This document shows positions 1 to 12,152 of a DNA stretch of 64,000 nt, piece after piece (position 1 is the first letter of the stretch; the number at the start of each line of letters is the position of its first letter). The notes below the pieces were generated by a model. That model was not told the origin of the DNA and did no database searches. It was given only the letters and a program-made list of their open reading frames with translations. The DNA is from Yuukianura sp. NJ FZ-2021 (Eukaryota), in assembly GCA_046563655.1 (NCBI GenBank), contig CM102285.1, forward strand, positions 13,950,001 through 14,014,000, given 5' to 3'. A program made the position numbers and the translations under genes.

Positions 1-896
1 TGTAAAAAATCGGACTAGTGGAATTAGTAATCTCTGGTCCACTTGAGTCATTTCGCAATCTAGCAGCGATTTCCTCTTTAGGGCAAAGTGTCAGCATTTA
101 GTCTTTTTACAACTGAAATTCACAAACTCATCAGTTTTTGGAAGCACATGAACAATTTAAAACGGATGACAAGGACTTTGGATTTCAACATAACGCTCCC
201 AATTGAGATTTCGACATTTTTACATTCTTCATATGTACATTTTCACAAATGTACGTTTCTACATGCGTTTCTACATATTAGACGTTACATTTAAGGAAAT
301 TCCAGCTAATCAGCCAATAGGAAACCACTGTTGAGTCATCGGGACAACCACAAGCAAATCTTGGAAAAATGTCATTTCCTTTTCCTCTTTAGCAATTTTT
401 TGCAATCCAAGTTCCAATTGCGGATATTGGTTTAGGAAATTTTAGATTTTCAATTGAATTCACCGAATTGAGGCTCTAGCGGTGCGGTAAGGTTTAGAAA
501 TGCTCACTTGTTGAAGGATTTTTGGATGAGGATCAAGAGGAGGGTTGTTGACCTTTGGCATTGATCCAAAGCCCAGAGGATGATGAATCTTCATGATAGT
601 TTTACTGTTTTCTCTGTCAAGGTTATAAAAGTCACTGATGAATCAAGTAATTAGTTGATGAGGAGTGATTTCTTGCACCTCCTTCTTGATGTTTTGTGAT
701 GAATTGAGATTGAATCCTATTGAACCAGTTTGTGTTTACCTCTAGCCGGTTCTTTCTCCCTCACCTGTTTATACTTTGTTGTTAAAAATCGTTGGACCGT
801 GTCCTGGCCCAAGAACTTTCTTAATTCATCGTTTCATGTCCAAAAAAAAAGATCAACAAGGACCAAACGAAGGTTCCTTTGCCTTTGAGTCGTAGC

Positions 897-906
897 CCAT
901 ATTTGG
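897..906 (+). promoter_or_regulatory. CArG box (SRF site) CCATATTTGG upstream of actin, distal copy
   Basis: Perfect CC(A/T)6GG; context GCCCATATTTGGCCATG is nearly identical to the proximal copy; CArG boxes are established actin regulatory elements. Confidence 0.6.
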
Positions 907-1705
907 CCATGGACAGAGCGATGAAAGATGATTGTTTGCCACTTCATTCATGTGTTCACCCAAAAGTCCAAGAATTCCACACAATAGAGGATGCGATGAT
1001 GCCAAAGTCGGTCTGCTAAACTTAAGAAGAAGTGCCCATAAAAAGCACACCTCGTCACATCCAGGGTTAGACGCAACCTTGATGGGTATCCCCATCCCCA
1101 CTGAAATCGGAAAATAAAAATAAATAATAAAAAAATTAAACATATATGTTATGTACTTCTATTACAGTAATATGTACTTTTAGAGTTTTTCAATAAATAA
1201 TGCCCTTTTCAATAAAAATGTACTATTGAGCAAACTAAAACTTGTAATAAACACTCTCTTTTAATTACTACCGGATAATTAATTACTCATAGCTTTTTTT
1301 TTCTCTGCATTTAAATTAATTTAATTAAACTGATTTAAATTGTAACATTAGAATTAGAAAAAATTGGAGCCATGGATTTTGGTAAAAACCATTTAATTTT
1401 TTAAAGTTATAAATTGTTTTTAAATGCTACCCATTTCGCCCCAGTCAAATTGATTTGAAAACGTTTTAAATTAAGTTACGATTAATTTTTTTTAACGCAC
1501 TTTTTATGATTCAATTACTAATTTTAGTAATGTGTAATATGTAATAAAATAAAAACATCTAAAAAAGAAAAAATAATTTATTTATATCTGTTACCCTTTA
1601 CCCAGATACCCGGGTAATGCCTAACCCTGTCGTCTGCACCCCTCCTTTTCCCTCAAAGGAAGCGAGGGTGACAAGAGTAAGTTTGAGCCGGGGTTGAGGG
1701 ATTGA

Positions 1706-1744
1706 CCAATGGGAGGACTCCATACAACTTATGCCCATATTTGG
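1706..1744 (+). promoter_or_regulatory. CCAAT box plus CArG box (CCATATTTGG at 1735-1744) upstream of actin
   Basis: CCAAT at 1706-1710 followed by a perfect CArG about 275 nt upstream of the actin ATG. Confidence 0.65.
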
Positions 1745-1999
1745 TCATGATTTTTGTAAAAGCAGAGGGGGAGCTCAAGCGCAGGAGAGGGGAACTCTAC
1801 GGCTAGAGCTGGCGTTCGTCATGAAAATTCCACTGAACACTACGTCCTGCTCTACCCTGTGGATGGACTCCTCCATAAAGCCTCTCTCCACCGAAAAGAC
1901 TCCAAACTGACACTTCCCTCGGTCACTCAGTCGCCGGTTCTCTCTCGAGTAGGTCATCCTCTACTTGTCTCTCTTCTCGTTCGTAAATCCTCAAGTTAA

Positions 2000-3733
<1,734 letters not shown>

Positions 3734-4179
3734 AGAGCTCGCACAGAAGAAGAAAGAAGAGAAAGAAGCGTCCGCCTCATTCCCTCAAAAATCTAAAGTC
3801 CAAATTTCTGTTTCCATTCCTTTACGAATCATTCTACAAAAACACTCCTTTAGAAAGCTTTTCATTTCCCTGGAGAAGACATTCCTTTATTTAACTTAGC
3901 CTAATAGCCAAGAGTTCTCAAAAAGAAATGTTAAAAATAAACACTTCTGTATTTAAAATAGTACTGGAGGGGTATCGTGCCTTTTTATTGCGGTTTTCTT
4001 GCTTTTCTGCGAGTTTTCCAGTTTTTTCTGTAGGTTTTTCCGTTTTTCTGTCCGTTTTCCAGTTTTTTCTTAACGTTTCTGGGGTCAGTCAGTCTATGAA
4101 TTTCGCTTAACGTTGTACAAATTTTTCGAATTTTTTTTTTCGTTTTCTATTTGTAGGAATTTTTAGTTTGAAATTTTTT

Positions 4180-5511
4180 CTAAACTCTTTTATCCACTGA
4201 TTGGATGAGTTGTGACAGTCGTTGTGACTTGCGTTGAACTCGACGCGCATGAGCAGTTGCTTCTTCCAGGAGTTTGTCTAGGCTTTCGAACTTGTCAAAC
4301 GTCAAGGTCATGCGCCTTGCTGTGATTGGTGGATTTGTGGGCCAATGAAGATTCGTGTGACTGCGGGATCGTCGGGGTGCTGGTCCGGGTTCTGGGCGGG
4401 ATGCTGATGCAGGATCCAGTATCAGAGGAATTGATGCTGATGCTGGATTCAGTATCAAAGGAATTGAAGCTCTTGAGGTTTCACGAGTAGAAATATTTTC
4501 GGTACCGGTTTGATGATTGGCGGTTTCCGGTATTTCAACGTCACCAGTTTCAAGTTTCGTTTCGGTATCGGTACTGGTACCGGCATTAGTCGTGTGATTA
4601 CTGCTACGGTTAATTTGAGCTCGTTGTAGAAGTGACGACGGTGTGGTACCGCGGCGTACCCTGGGCAGTACCTCGTGCTCTGCTAAGTCGGAGCCACGAA
4701 ATCCGCTGTCTGCGTCTGCGCTTGCGTGGAACGTCGAATCAGTCTTCCAGTATTTCACCTAAAGTGAAAAGTTCAATTAACTACTTCTAATTACATGTAA
4801 TTACATACAATTACTTGTAATTACTTAATGTTAATTAAGTAATTAGCTTACTTTTTCCATCCAGCTGGAGCAGCATTCACTCAAAACGTCAACAGTAGTT
4901 TCCGTTGACTGGTCCTTGGTCACTTTGGGACAAAGTTGGCGCTCTGACTGGCATTTTCTAAGGGAACTTTCACCAAGGTCACCGCGGTCAGCACGGTCTG
5001 ACCGGTCAGCACGGTTTCCGCGAAACCGCATTTGGTCAATCGTGTTTTCAGCATCAGCACATTTGAGACTCAAGTCTTGACATGCTTCTCTAAGACTATT
5101 GATCACCATATCTTTTTCCTTAAGGGCCCTCAAACTCTTACGAAGTTCAGTTTTAGTCGTTTCTGGTGAAAGTTGACTTTCTCCAGTTTGGTCAACTTCA
5201 CCCAAGTACAAGTCCTCCAAGGATAAGCTCAGTTCTGGACGACTCTGAAGGGCCAGGGCCCTTGACTGCTCCTGCCGTCCCTTCATTTCCTTAATGTACT
5301 TGGCAACTTTACTAGTTCTTGTAGGAGGATACTCGGCAGCATTTTGACTGTTTCCGCCAGTACTTTCACCGTTTCCGGCAGTATTTTGACTGTTCCCGCC
5401 GCCATGACACTGTTCTTCCTTTTGCTCTGATTTCGAAGCACTAACTGCAACTTTTTTTCTTGGAATCAAAGGAATCCTGGACAAAAAAGTTTTTGATCCT
5501 CGCGTGTCCAT
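4180..5511 (-). CDS. Uncharacterised two-exon protein, low complexity with a coiled-coil segment; exons 5511-4852 and 4758-4180
   Basis: Two long ORFs joined in frame by a GTAAG...TTTAG intron; ATG in AAAATC context; heptad-like ELRKSLRALKEKDMVINSLREACQDLSLKCADAENTIDQM; no family recognised. Confidence 0.6.
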
Positions 5512-7109
5512 GATTTTTTCATTTAGGTTTCGATTTTTCTCCAAACTTTCTCTTTTTTTTCGTTTTCAGATAAATTTCACCACTTTTTTGTAGAAACACA
5601 AAGTGAAAGTTAGGAAATTGAGTTCTAAACAGTGATTGACCGAACTACATGTGTATTTCACAGGTTCTGGAAGGAAATCTGTCTGATGGTAGGTTTTGGG
5701 TTGAAGTTTGCTAAATTTGGTACTGACACGCTAGTAACGTTAAGTGTAAGTAGCTTTGATTTGTCCAGGAATCCAGAATATGTGGACCGTATGGTATGAG
5801 GAACACACAGTGAGTCATGGAAAATCACTTTCACTTTTCAAAGATACGTGGAGGTATGTTCCACTTTTCTTCCAGAAAGTTGAAAATTCCTTACAGAATG
5901 AGCCTGAAACTGCATTTGCTCGGTGAACTTTCACTTTCGGAGTTCAACTTTCTCCGTCGTCATTTCTTATTTCTATGACAAAGGAAGACACAACACAAAA
6001 GCGAGTTCGATTGCACCATACTTTTACAAATGCTGAGAGTATACTTTTACAAATGCTGAGAGTATACTTCCTAGTTCGGTGACTATTGATCAGTCCTTAG
6101 CCAATCCGGGACTGAAACTTAAGTTTAAGTTTTGTACTAAAAAGAGGGGAAGAACAAAAGTGAAAGCAGAGATGATCGATCCATCCAGAAAAGCACTTGA
6201 GTCCTCTCGATCCCTTGAAGGGAGACACACTTTTCCTGTTTTAAAAAAAATCACGTCTGTGTCACAGATCTCTGCTCATTCTGCTCAGTATGAGTCAAAA
6301 TGAGTCACTGTAATTCAAAAATTCTTGGAAACGGGAAATCTGGAGCAGGTTTTCCACTAATTTTAAAAATTTTGAAACCAGATGCACACAGAGAAATTTT
6401 CAAGGGTACTTGAAGTACCCACTCCGGATTGAGAATATGCACCGAAAAGTGAAATTTGATACTTTTTGGAAATATGGGCAGGGAGAGGGGCCCTTAGCAC
6501 TTGCTGAAGAAGATGAAGCTGGATTACTGAAAATGAACTACACAGCGATGTTCCTTCACAAAGCTTGCTTTATTTCAAAATTTTAAAGGGCTTTGAAATT
6601 TTGAAAAATCCAGAGAGCCCTTATTTCCTGTCCCGACGGACCCTTAAGTCCTCCTTCTGTTTAGTGTGGATCGACTGATCGTAAATCAATGTCACTTTGG
6701 TCCAACTGTTCAAAAACGACTAAAAACCGACAAATGAAGAAACTTTTAAAAAGAAAAATCGAAGTTCTCGGACAAAAATCTCTATAGATTCTTTTTCGAA
6801 TTTTCTAGACCACGCTAACGTCTAGGAATTGTGGTTTTCGTAACCTATAACTTAAGCAAAAATGCTACAAGATGCTCTCAAAAATTTTGGTTTTGCTAAT
6901 TATTTTTTTTTAACCAAAATCTCAAAATTTCGAAACCTCAACTTCCTAATTATTTTTAACGTCAGTTTAGTTGGTTGCGTATAAGATTCTGTAATACGGC
7001 TGAAGAATGGTTTGTACCTAATTCCATAAAACGCAAAGACAGGCCATTTTGTTTCAATTGGAACAACGGCGTGATGGACAAGCAAAAAAATTATAACATT
7101 TTTTTTCTC

Positions 7110-7260
7110 TCCAATTGCAAATCTTGTTCTTGACTCAAGTGGGCCTTGTGCATTGCAATTTTGTTTGCACATAACAAATCTTGACTCAAATGGGCCTTGC
7201 GCAATGCAATATTTTTGCAATTTGCAAATCTTGACTCAACTGGGCCCTGTGCATTATGTT
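7110..7260. repeat. Degenerate tandem repeat, 3 copies of about 50-55 bp
   Basis: TCTTGACTCAANTGGGCC(T/C)TG(T/C)GCA recurs near 7129, 7179 and 7229. Confidence 0.7.
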
Positions 7261-7618
7261 TGCCGTGTTACATAACTCCATCGTACCAAAAATTTCAAGT
7301 CAAATTCGAATTTCATTTGCAAGGCACCAGCGCGTCTACCTGTGCTTTTTTTCTGAATACTAATTTCGAAATCGTTGTTGTTGCAATTTGTAATTCTCGC
7401 AAATATTCCGTGGAAGGCGTTAGGAAGCACTAGAGAAGTTGCTGTTTTTTTCTACCATCTTAATAAACACGTAGTATATTGTATGTCAATAGGTTACTTT
7501 TCAATTTACTAATTAGTAAGTTAAAAGTGTAATTAGAAAGTCAAGATTCAATTATCTGCTAACTTCCTGTTCTGCTCTGATTGGCTTGTAATTGTTGTAA
7601 AGTGATCTTCTTTAAAAG

Positions 7619-8308
7619 ATGAACTTCATTTCTACTGGTGCTGTCATCTTATACGTTCTGCTTACTGCCAAAAATGGTATGATTTTGATTCACGATAAAA
7701 TCTGACATGTTTTGAGATAAAAGATGTAAGATGAAAGATAAAATATTTCTGAGTTGAATTCTGAAGCGTAAATAACTTTCACTTTTTAGCTTCAGTTGCA
7801 GGAGATGGGACGCTTCCAGAAAAAGGTGAAAGTTCTGGAAAATCCGGTGCTGACGTGGTGAACTTACCAGGTGGTGACATGGTAACCTTAGCTGGTGGTG
7901 ACATGGCAACGTTAGCTGGAGGTGACATGGCAACCTTACCTGGTCTGTGCCTGTGTCAAGAGTTTCGGTGTGACAATGGTTCCCGGTGTCTCCACAAATC
8001 CAAGGTTTGTTCAGGAATTCCGGAGTGTCCAAATTCGGAAGATGAGAATTTAGAGCGTTGTGACGCTGCAAAACGGAAGTTGCACAAAGTTCCATGCAGG
8101 TAGAAAATGCAAAGATTTTTGAAAAGTGTTTTTGAAATTTTGATTTTGAATAGAAACTTTTGTTTTTTATTTTTAAAAATGAAGCAAAGACGAATTCAAG
8201 TGCAAGTTTGGCGGGTGCATAGATTTGAAGAAAGTTTGCAACAACGAAATCGATTGTTGGGGAGGAGTGGATGAAGCGACGGATTTTTGCAACTGGGTTA
8301 ATAGTTGA
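7619..8308 (+). CDS. Small secreted protein: signal peptide, GGDM(V/A)TL(A/P) repeats, two LDL-receptor class A domains; exons 7619-7676, 7790-8099, 8185-8308
   Basis: Exon 1 MNFISTGAVILYVLLTAKN is hydrophobic; splices stay in frame; CQEFRCDNGSRCLHKSKVCSGIPECPNSEDE..C and CSKDEFKCKFGGCIDLKKVCNNEIDCWGGVDE...C fit LDLa spacing; AATAAA at 8345. Confidence 0.8.
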
Positions 8309-8386
8309 ATTTTCAAAAATTGCAAACAATTTTGATTTTTTTTAAATAAATTTTATTTTTCTTTTTTTTTTTTGGAGAATCAAGGA

Positions 8387-9055
8387 TTACCGTAAATCCT
8401 TCGTAATTAACTTACACATGATCGGTTTCGGTAAAATCTTACACGTCGAAATTAGGAATTTTGCGAATGAATGTACTTTTGAGTACCGTAAATCTCCAAC
8501 TTTAGCTTCCTTTTTATTCCACCTCCATTTTTGGGCGTACCAACTCCTCAGTGGCGCCAAACAAGCATGGGCAACTTCGTGACTCTTGACATGCGCATAA
8601 CACGAAATCAGGAATCCATTGACCACTAACGTTCCACTTTTGGTCAACGGAGCAAACGCACCTTGCAGAACTTCCCGCTTAACGTTTGTCACTGCTGCAG
8701 AGATGACAGTGTTGTCATTTTTCTGAATTCTGATCAAAGAGTCACCGATTTTGACATTTTTCGCTGCCAATGTTTGTCCACTGTCCAGAAATAGTAAGTG
8801 TTCTGGAGAAATCAACAGCCGATGATGACCTTTGACCTCAATTGACACAAATTCTACCAAAGGTTCTGGATCATAGTGGATGTAGGTGTAAAACTTCGTT
8901 GAAGAAACTGTTGGCGCCAATTTCTGCTTGAGGCTTCTACTTGGAAACTTTACGGTAACAACGTCGTCGAATTCCCGCAGTTCCGGAATTTTCTGGACAC
9001 CGGATTTCAGAGTCCAGACTTCCGCTGACGACGGGAAACAACAACAAATACACAT
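8387..9055 (-). CDS. Stand-alone Hedgehog-type Hint + sterol-recognition (Hog) domain protein 1, with a 5-aa N-terminal peptide MCICC
   Basis: CFPSSAEV start, block B ISPEHLLF, AKNVKIGD, GAFAPLTKSGTLVVNGFLISCYA, SRR-like HEVAHACLAPLR...HSFAKFL; single open 222-aa frame. Confidence 0.92.
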   Translation of the reverse strand: MCICCCFPSSAEVWTLKSGVQKIPELREFDDVVTVKFPSRSLKQKLAPTVSSTKFYTYIHYDPEPLVEFVSIEVKGHHRLLISPEHLLFLDSGQTLAAKNVKIGDSLIRIQKNDNTVISAAVTNVKREVLQGAFAPLTKSGTLVVNGFLISCYAHVKSHEVAHACLAPLRSWYAQKWRWNKKEAKVGDLRYSKVHSFAKFLISTCKILPKPIMCKLITKDLR

Positions 9056-9234
9056 CGGAATCTTGTGGCCGCTATGAAATGACTTGCCAAGGTCAAATCA
9101 AGAATTTCGTAAAAGTAAATTTACGAATTTACAGCGCGTAAATTTACGAATTTACGAAATACGTCGCACAGAGTTAAAGGTACAGAAATTTAGCACTAGG
9201 ATTATTCACTGTTGACGGTTGAGTTTGGATTTTG

Positions 9235-9287
9235 GAATGAGGCCAGTTACTCAATATGTTCGTGTCTTTTATACCGGAAGGAACATT
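9235..9287 (-). promoter_or_regulatory. Core promoter of Hog gene 1: ATGTTCC motif, TATAAAAG (TATA 9273-9267), initiator TCATTC (9240-9235)
   Basis: Motifs read on the minus strand; same architecture as the paralogue; no ATG between the initiator and 9055. Confidence 0.65.
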
Positions 9288-10174
9288 TACACGGATGATT
9301 ACACTTTTTACAAGTAAGCATGCTACATACTACGCAATTGAAGCTAATTCAAGTATGAGTAATCGAGATAAGTTGAATAACTAATTATTGTTTGTAAGTT
9401 AAAAAATTATTAACATTAATCACGTTTAACCGGCTCTCACAGTTTTGATGTTTATGGTATAACCAAACGCAAAACAAAGTGAAGATTTTCCTGTTTACAA
9501 TTTTTCGTTATACGAAATATTAGTTAAAATTTTTCACCGTAAATTTTTGTAATTTTTGTCTATTGCGACAAAAAGTTGCGCAACTTCTGTAAGTACCATC
9601 CGCGTCTAATACGAGCTGAAAAATCACGAAGTTGAAAATATTTCCAACAATTCTTGAGTAGTTTAGTTTGAAAATCCATTGACGTAGGCGTGCGAAAATT
9701 TTTCAATAATTAAAAAGTCCGTTTTGCTTTTACGCCGTACGTGATCAATTATTTTGAAAAGTTGCACGAAACAGTGAAATTTTGCCATAGGTCAGCGAAA
9801 GGTTTCCAATTTCAAAATTCAAAAATTCAAAAAATTTCGAACAATGAGGTTATGCAAAATGCATTTTCTGGTCTTCTTGAGAGAAATCCTTAAGACCATC
9901 GGAATTCCCCTTTGTGTTTAAAGTTTAGTTAAATTAATTGTTCAAAACAAACTAATTCTGAGAGCAATTTTAAAAGCAAAACTGTTTGTTTCAAAAGACA
10001 TGAAATCGAAATGTGAAAAAATTTCCAGGTTTTCGTGAAATGAAATGACGTATACGTGAGAATCAGGTGAAGTTTAATTCCTTTTTCGTGTTTATTTGAA
10101 TTACTGAACAAAATTTAATTGTTCTAAACCAAACAATTTCTCAGTAGTTCTGTAACTCTTGTGTCTTTTTATTA

Positions 10175-10855
10175 TTATGCCCGCGTAATTGTGAGAACTT
10201 TCTCCGTAATCGGGCTGGGAATGACCTTGGACGTGGAAAGCAAAAACTTTGCAAATCCGTTCATTTTGCTGAACTTCAAATTTTCCTTGTTTTTGGCAAA
10301 TTTCAGGGAATTCCTTGGCGAAGGTGACCTCATGGAGTACCACGTTCGGAGTGGAGCCATGGCGGCATGAGCAAGGTCATGACTCTTGACATGCGCATAA
10401 CACGAAACCAGGAATCCATTGACAATCAGAGTTCCACTTTTGGTCAACGGTGCAAACACGCCTTTCAGCACTTTCTTGCCAATGTTAGTCACGGTAACCG
10501 GGACAACGGAGTAGTCCTGTTCCTTGACCTTCAGCAGAATGTCACCGACCTTCACGTTTTTGGCGGGAACTGGTCGTCCATTTGCCTGGAACAGAAGATG
10601 TTCCGAGGAAATCAAAAGGTCATGACCTTCTTCTGTTCCAATTGACACGAATTCTGCTGTAACTTCTGGGTCATAGTGTAGATAAGTGTAGAATTTAGTT
10701 GCGGAGACTGTTGCTGAAGATGAAGTCTTGTTTTGACCTAGGTCAATTGTCAAGATTCGCTCAAATGGTCTCAGTTCTGGAATTTTCTGGACACCGCTTT
10801 TGAGTGTCCAGACTTCAGCTGACGATGGAAAGCAAAATGGTAGACAGAGACACAT
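10175..10855 (-). CDS. Stand-alone Hedgehog-type Hint + sterol-recognition (Hog) domain protein 2, with a 7-aa N-terminal peptide MCLCLPF
   Basis: CFPSSAEV, ISSEHLLF, AKNVKVGD, GVFAPLTKSGTLIVNGFLVSCYA, HDLAHAAMAPLR; CAACAATG start context; clear paralogue of 8387-9055. Confidence 0.92.
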   Translation of the reverse strand: MCLCLPFCFPSSAEVWTLKSGVQKIPELRPFERILTIDLGQNKTSSSATVSATKFYTYLHYDPEVTAEFVSIGTEEGHDLLISSEHLLFQANGRPVPAKNVKVGDILLKVKEQDYSVVPVTVTNIGKKVLKGVFAPLTKSGTLIVNGFLVSCYAHVKSHDLAHAAMAPLRTWYSMRSPSPRNSLKFAKNKENLKFSKMNGFAKFLLSTSKVIPSPITEKVLTITRA

Positions 10856-10959
10856 TGTTGAATGACGCCGGTTTTGTTCAAGTTGTAAAATCTAAAATTT
10901 TGAAACTTTAAAATTTCGAAAATGGCTACAAAATGCTGTGTTTCAGTTACAAGTTTTAT

Positions 10960-11009
10960 GAATGAGCGTGATGTTTAAACGGTTCACAACTTTTATAGAA
11001 AGGGAACAT
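10960..11009 (-). promoter_or_regulatory. Core promoter of Hog gene 2: ATGTTCC motif, TATAAAAG (TATA 10997-10991), initiator TCATTC (10965-10960)
   Basis: Same motif order and near-identical spacing as gene 1; no ATG between the initiator and 10855. Confidence 0.65.
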
Positions 11010-12152
11010 GACACTACTGACGTACGCTTTGTGTGACGTTGACGTGCTAAATTTGTGGGACCATACTCGTACGTATACTTGCTTTTTTTAACGTTTTAAG
11101 GACGTCGATGCCTCGGAAGTTCACAAGGTCATCAAAAATGCCTCAGTTTTAAGCAACATTGTTAAGAAATTCAACTAAAGTAGACTAAAATGTAAGTTAT
11201 GTGCAATATTTTCAACATTTTGGCTAAAAAGCGTGACTAATTGATTTAACACAAATTAGTAACTACTAACGTCCAATTAATTGCTGTTCGTTATGGTCAG
11301 TAGACTACTCAAAAGCGTTTTATTTCGATTTTCAAAACAAACCAAGGAGCTGCAGCAGTTGAGATTTTAAAAATTTCAAAAATACTTGGCAAACGAAAAG
11401 AAGCTGTAACTTTTCTTAAGAATTTTGGACATGAATTGTTGTGAAAAAGTGAAAGGGACCATGTAATAGGGGGTACTTGAACTTAATAGTTAGAGATCAT
11501 GACCACTGTGACCTGATTTTCTTCGTCACGCCATTGACATTTCCTCTCCCACCCATGAAATCCAAAAGTGACAGACATCACTGCACTTTAACTATTAATT
11601 ACTATGCACTTTTCAACTTTTTAATTGATGCGGTGGTACTTCAAAAGTATCAAAAGCAGGTAAACAGGCCCAAATTGTTGTCAACAAATTGCTGCGAACA
11701 AACTGTTGCGAACAAATTGTTGTGTACAAATCGTGATGAACAAATTGTCGTGTACGAACTGTTGTGTACAATTTGTTCCCGAAACTTATTAAAATTCAAA
11801 TTAATTTTTAGACAGAAAAGGTTAGGCTAAACTCCAATTTATTTTCCGCACAGGTTAGGTTAGCTAACATGTTACTGGATTAAATATTTCGATGAAATTT
11901 TCCAAAAACTTCTATGAATATTTCAAAAAATTTTCCCATGAATTGTTCTAGTTCATTCTACCTGTAATTGTTTCAGAATGGTCAGATCAATTAACTAACT
12001 GAATAACCATAACTAAATTGAAAGAAGAAAGAAAGATGAGCCTTTTGTGAGTGTTGTGTGATGTGTGTCATTTTGGCGGTAAAGTTGAAAGACAAATCTG
12101 GAGCCTTTGTATTGTTGTTTTAGTAGGAAGAGATTCTGTGGGATGCTAGATG

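Noticed and set aside
7649..8329. 226-aa minus-strand ORF
   Set aside because: Antisense shadow of the spliced LDLa gene; non-ATG start; no recognisable domain
8387..10855. Calling these canonical hedgehog genes, or the last exon of one
   Set aside because: No Hedge domain (CGPG..., RLMTQRC) anywhere in the window; each ORF has its own TATA/Inr and first ATG
8387..10855. Calling them true inteins
   Set aside because: They have SCYA plus an SRR-like tail rather than His-Asn followed by a C-extein, and there is no host protein or endonuclease
11660..11790. Degenerate CAAATTGTTG/GAAC repeats and ORF 11477-11830
   Set aside because: Short low-complexity repeat with no coding signal; may be a repeat remnant but cannot be classified
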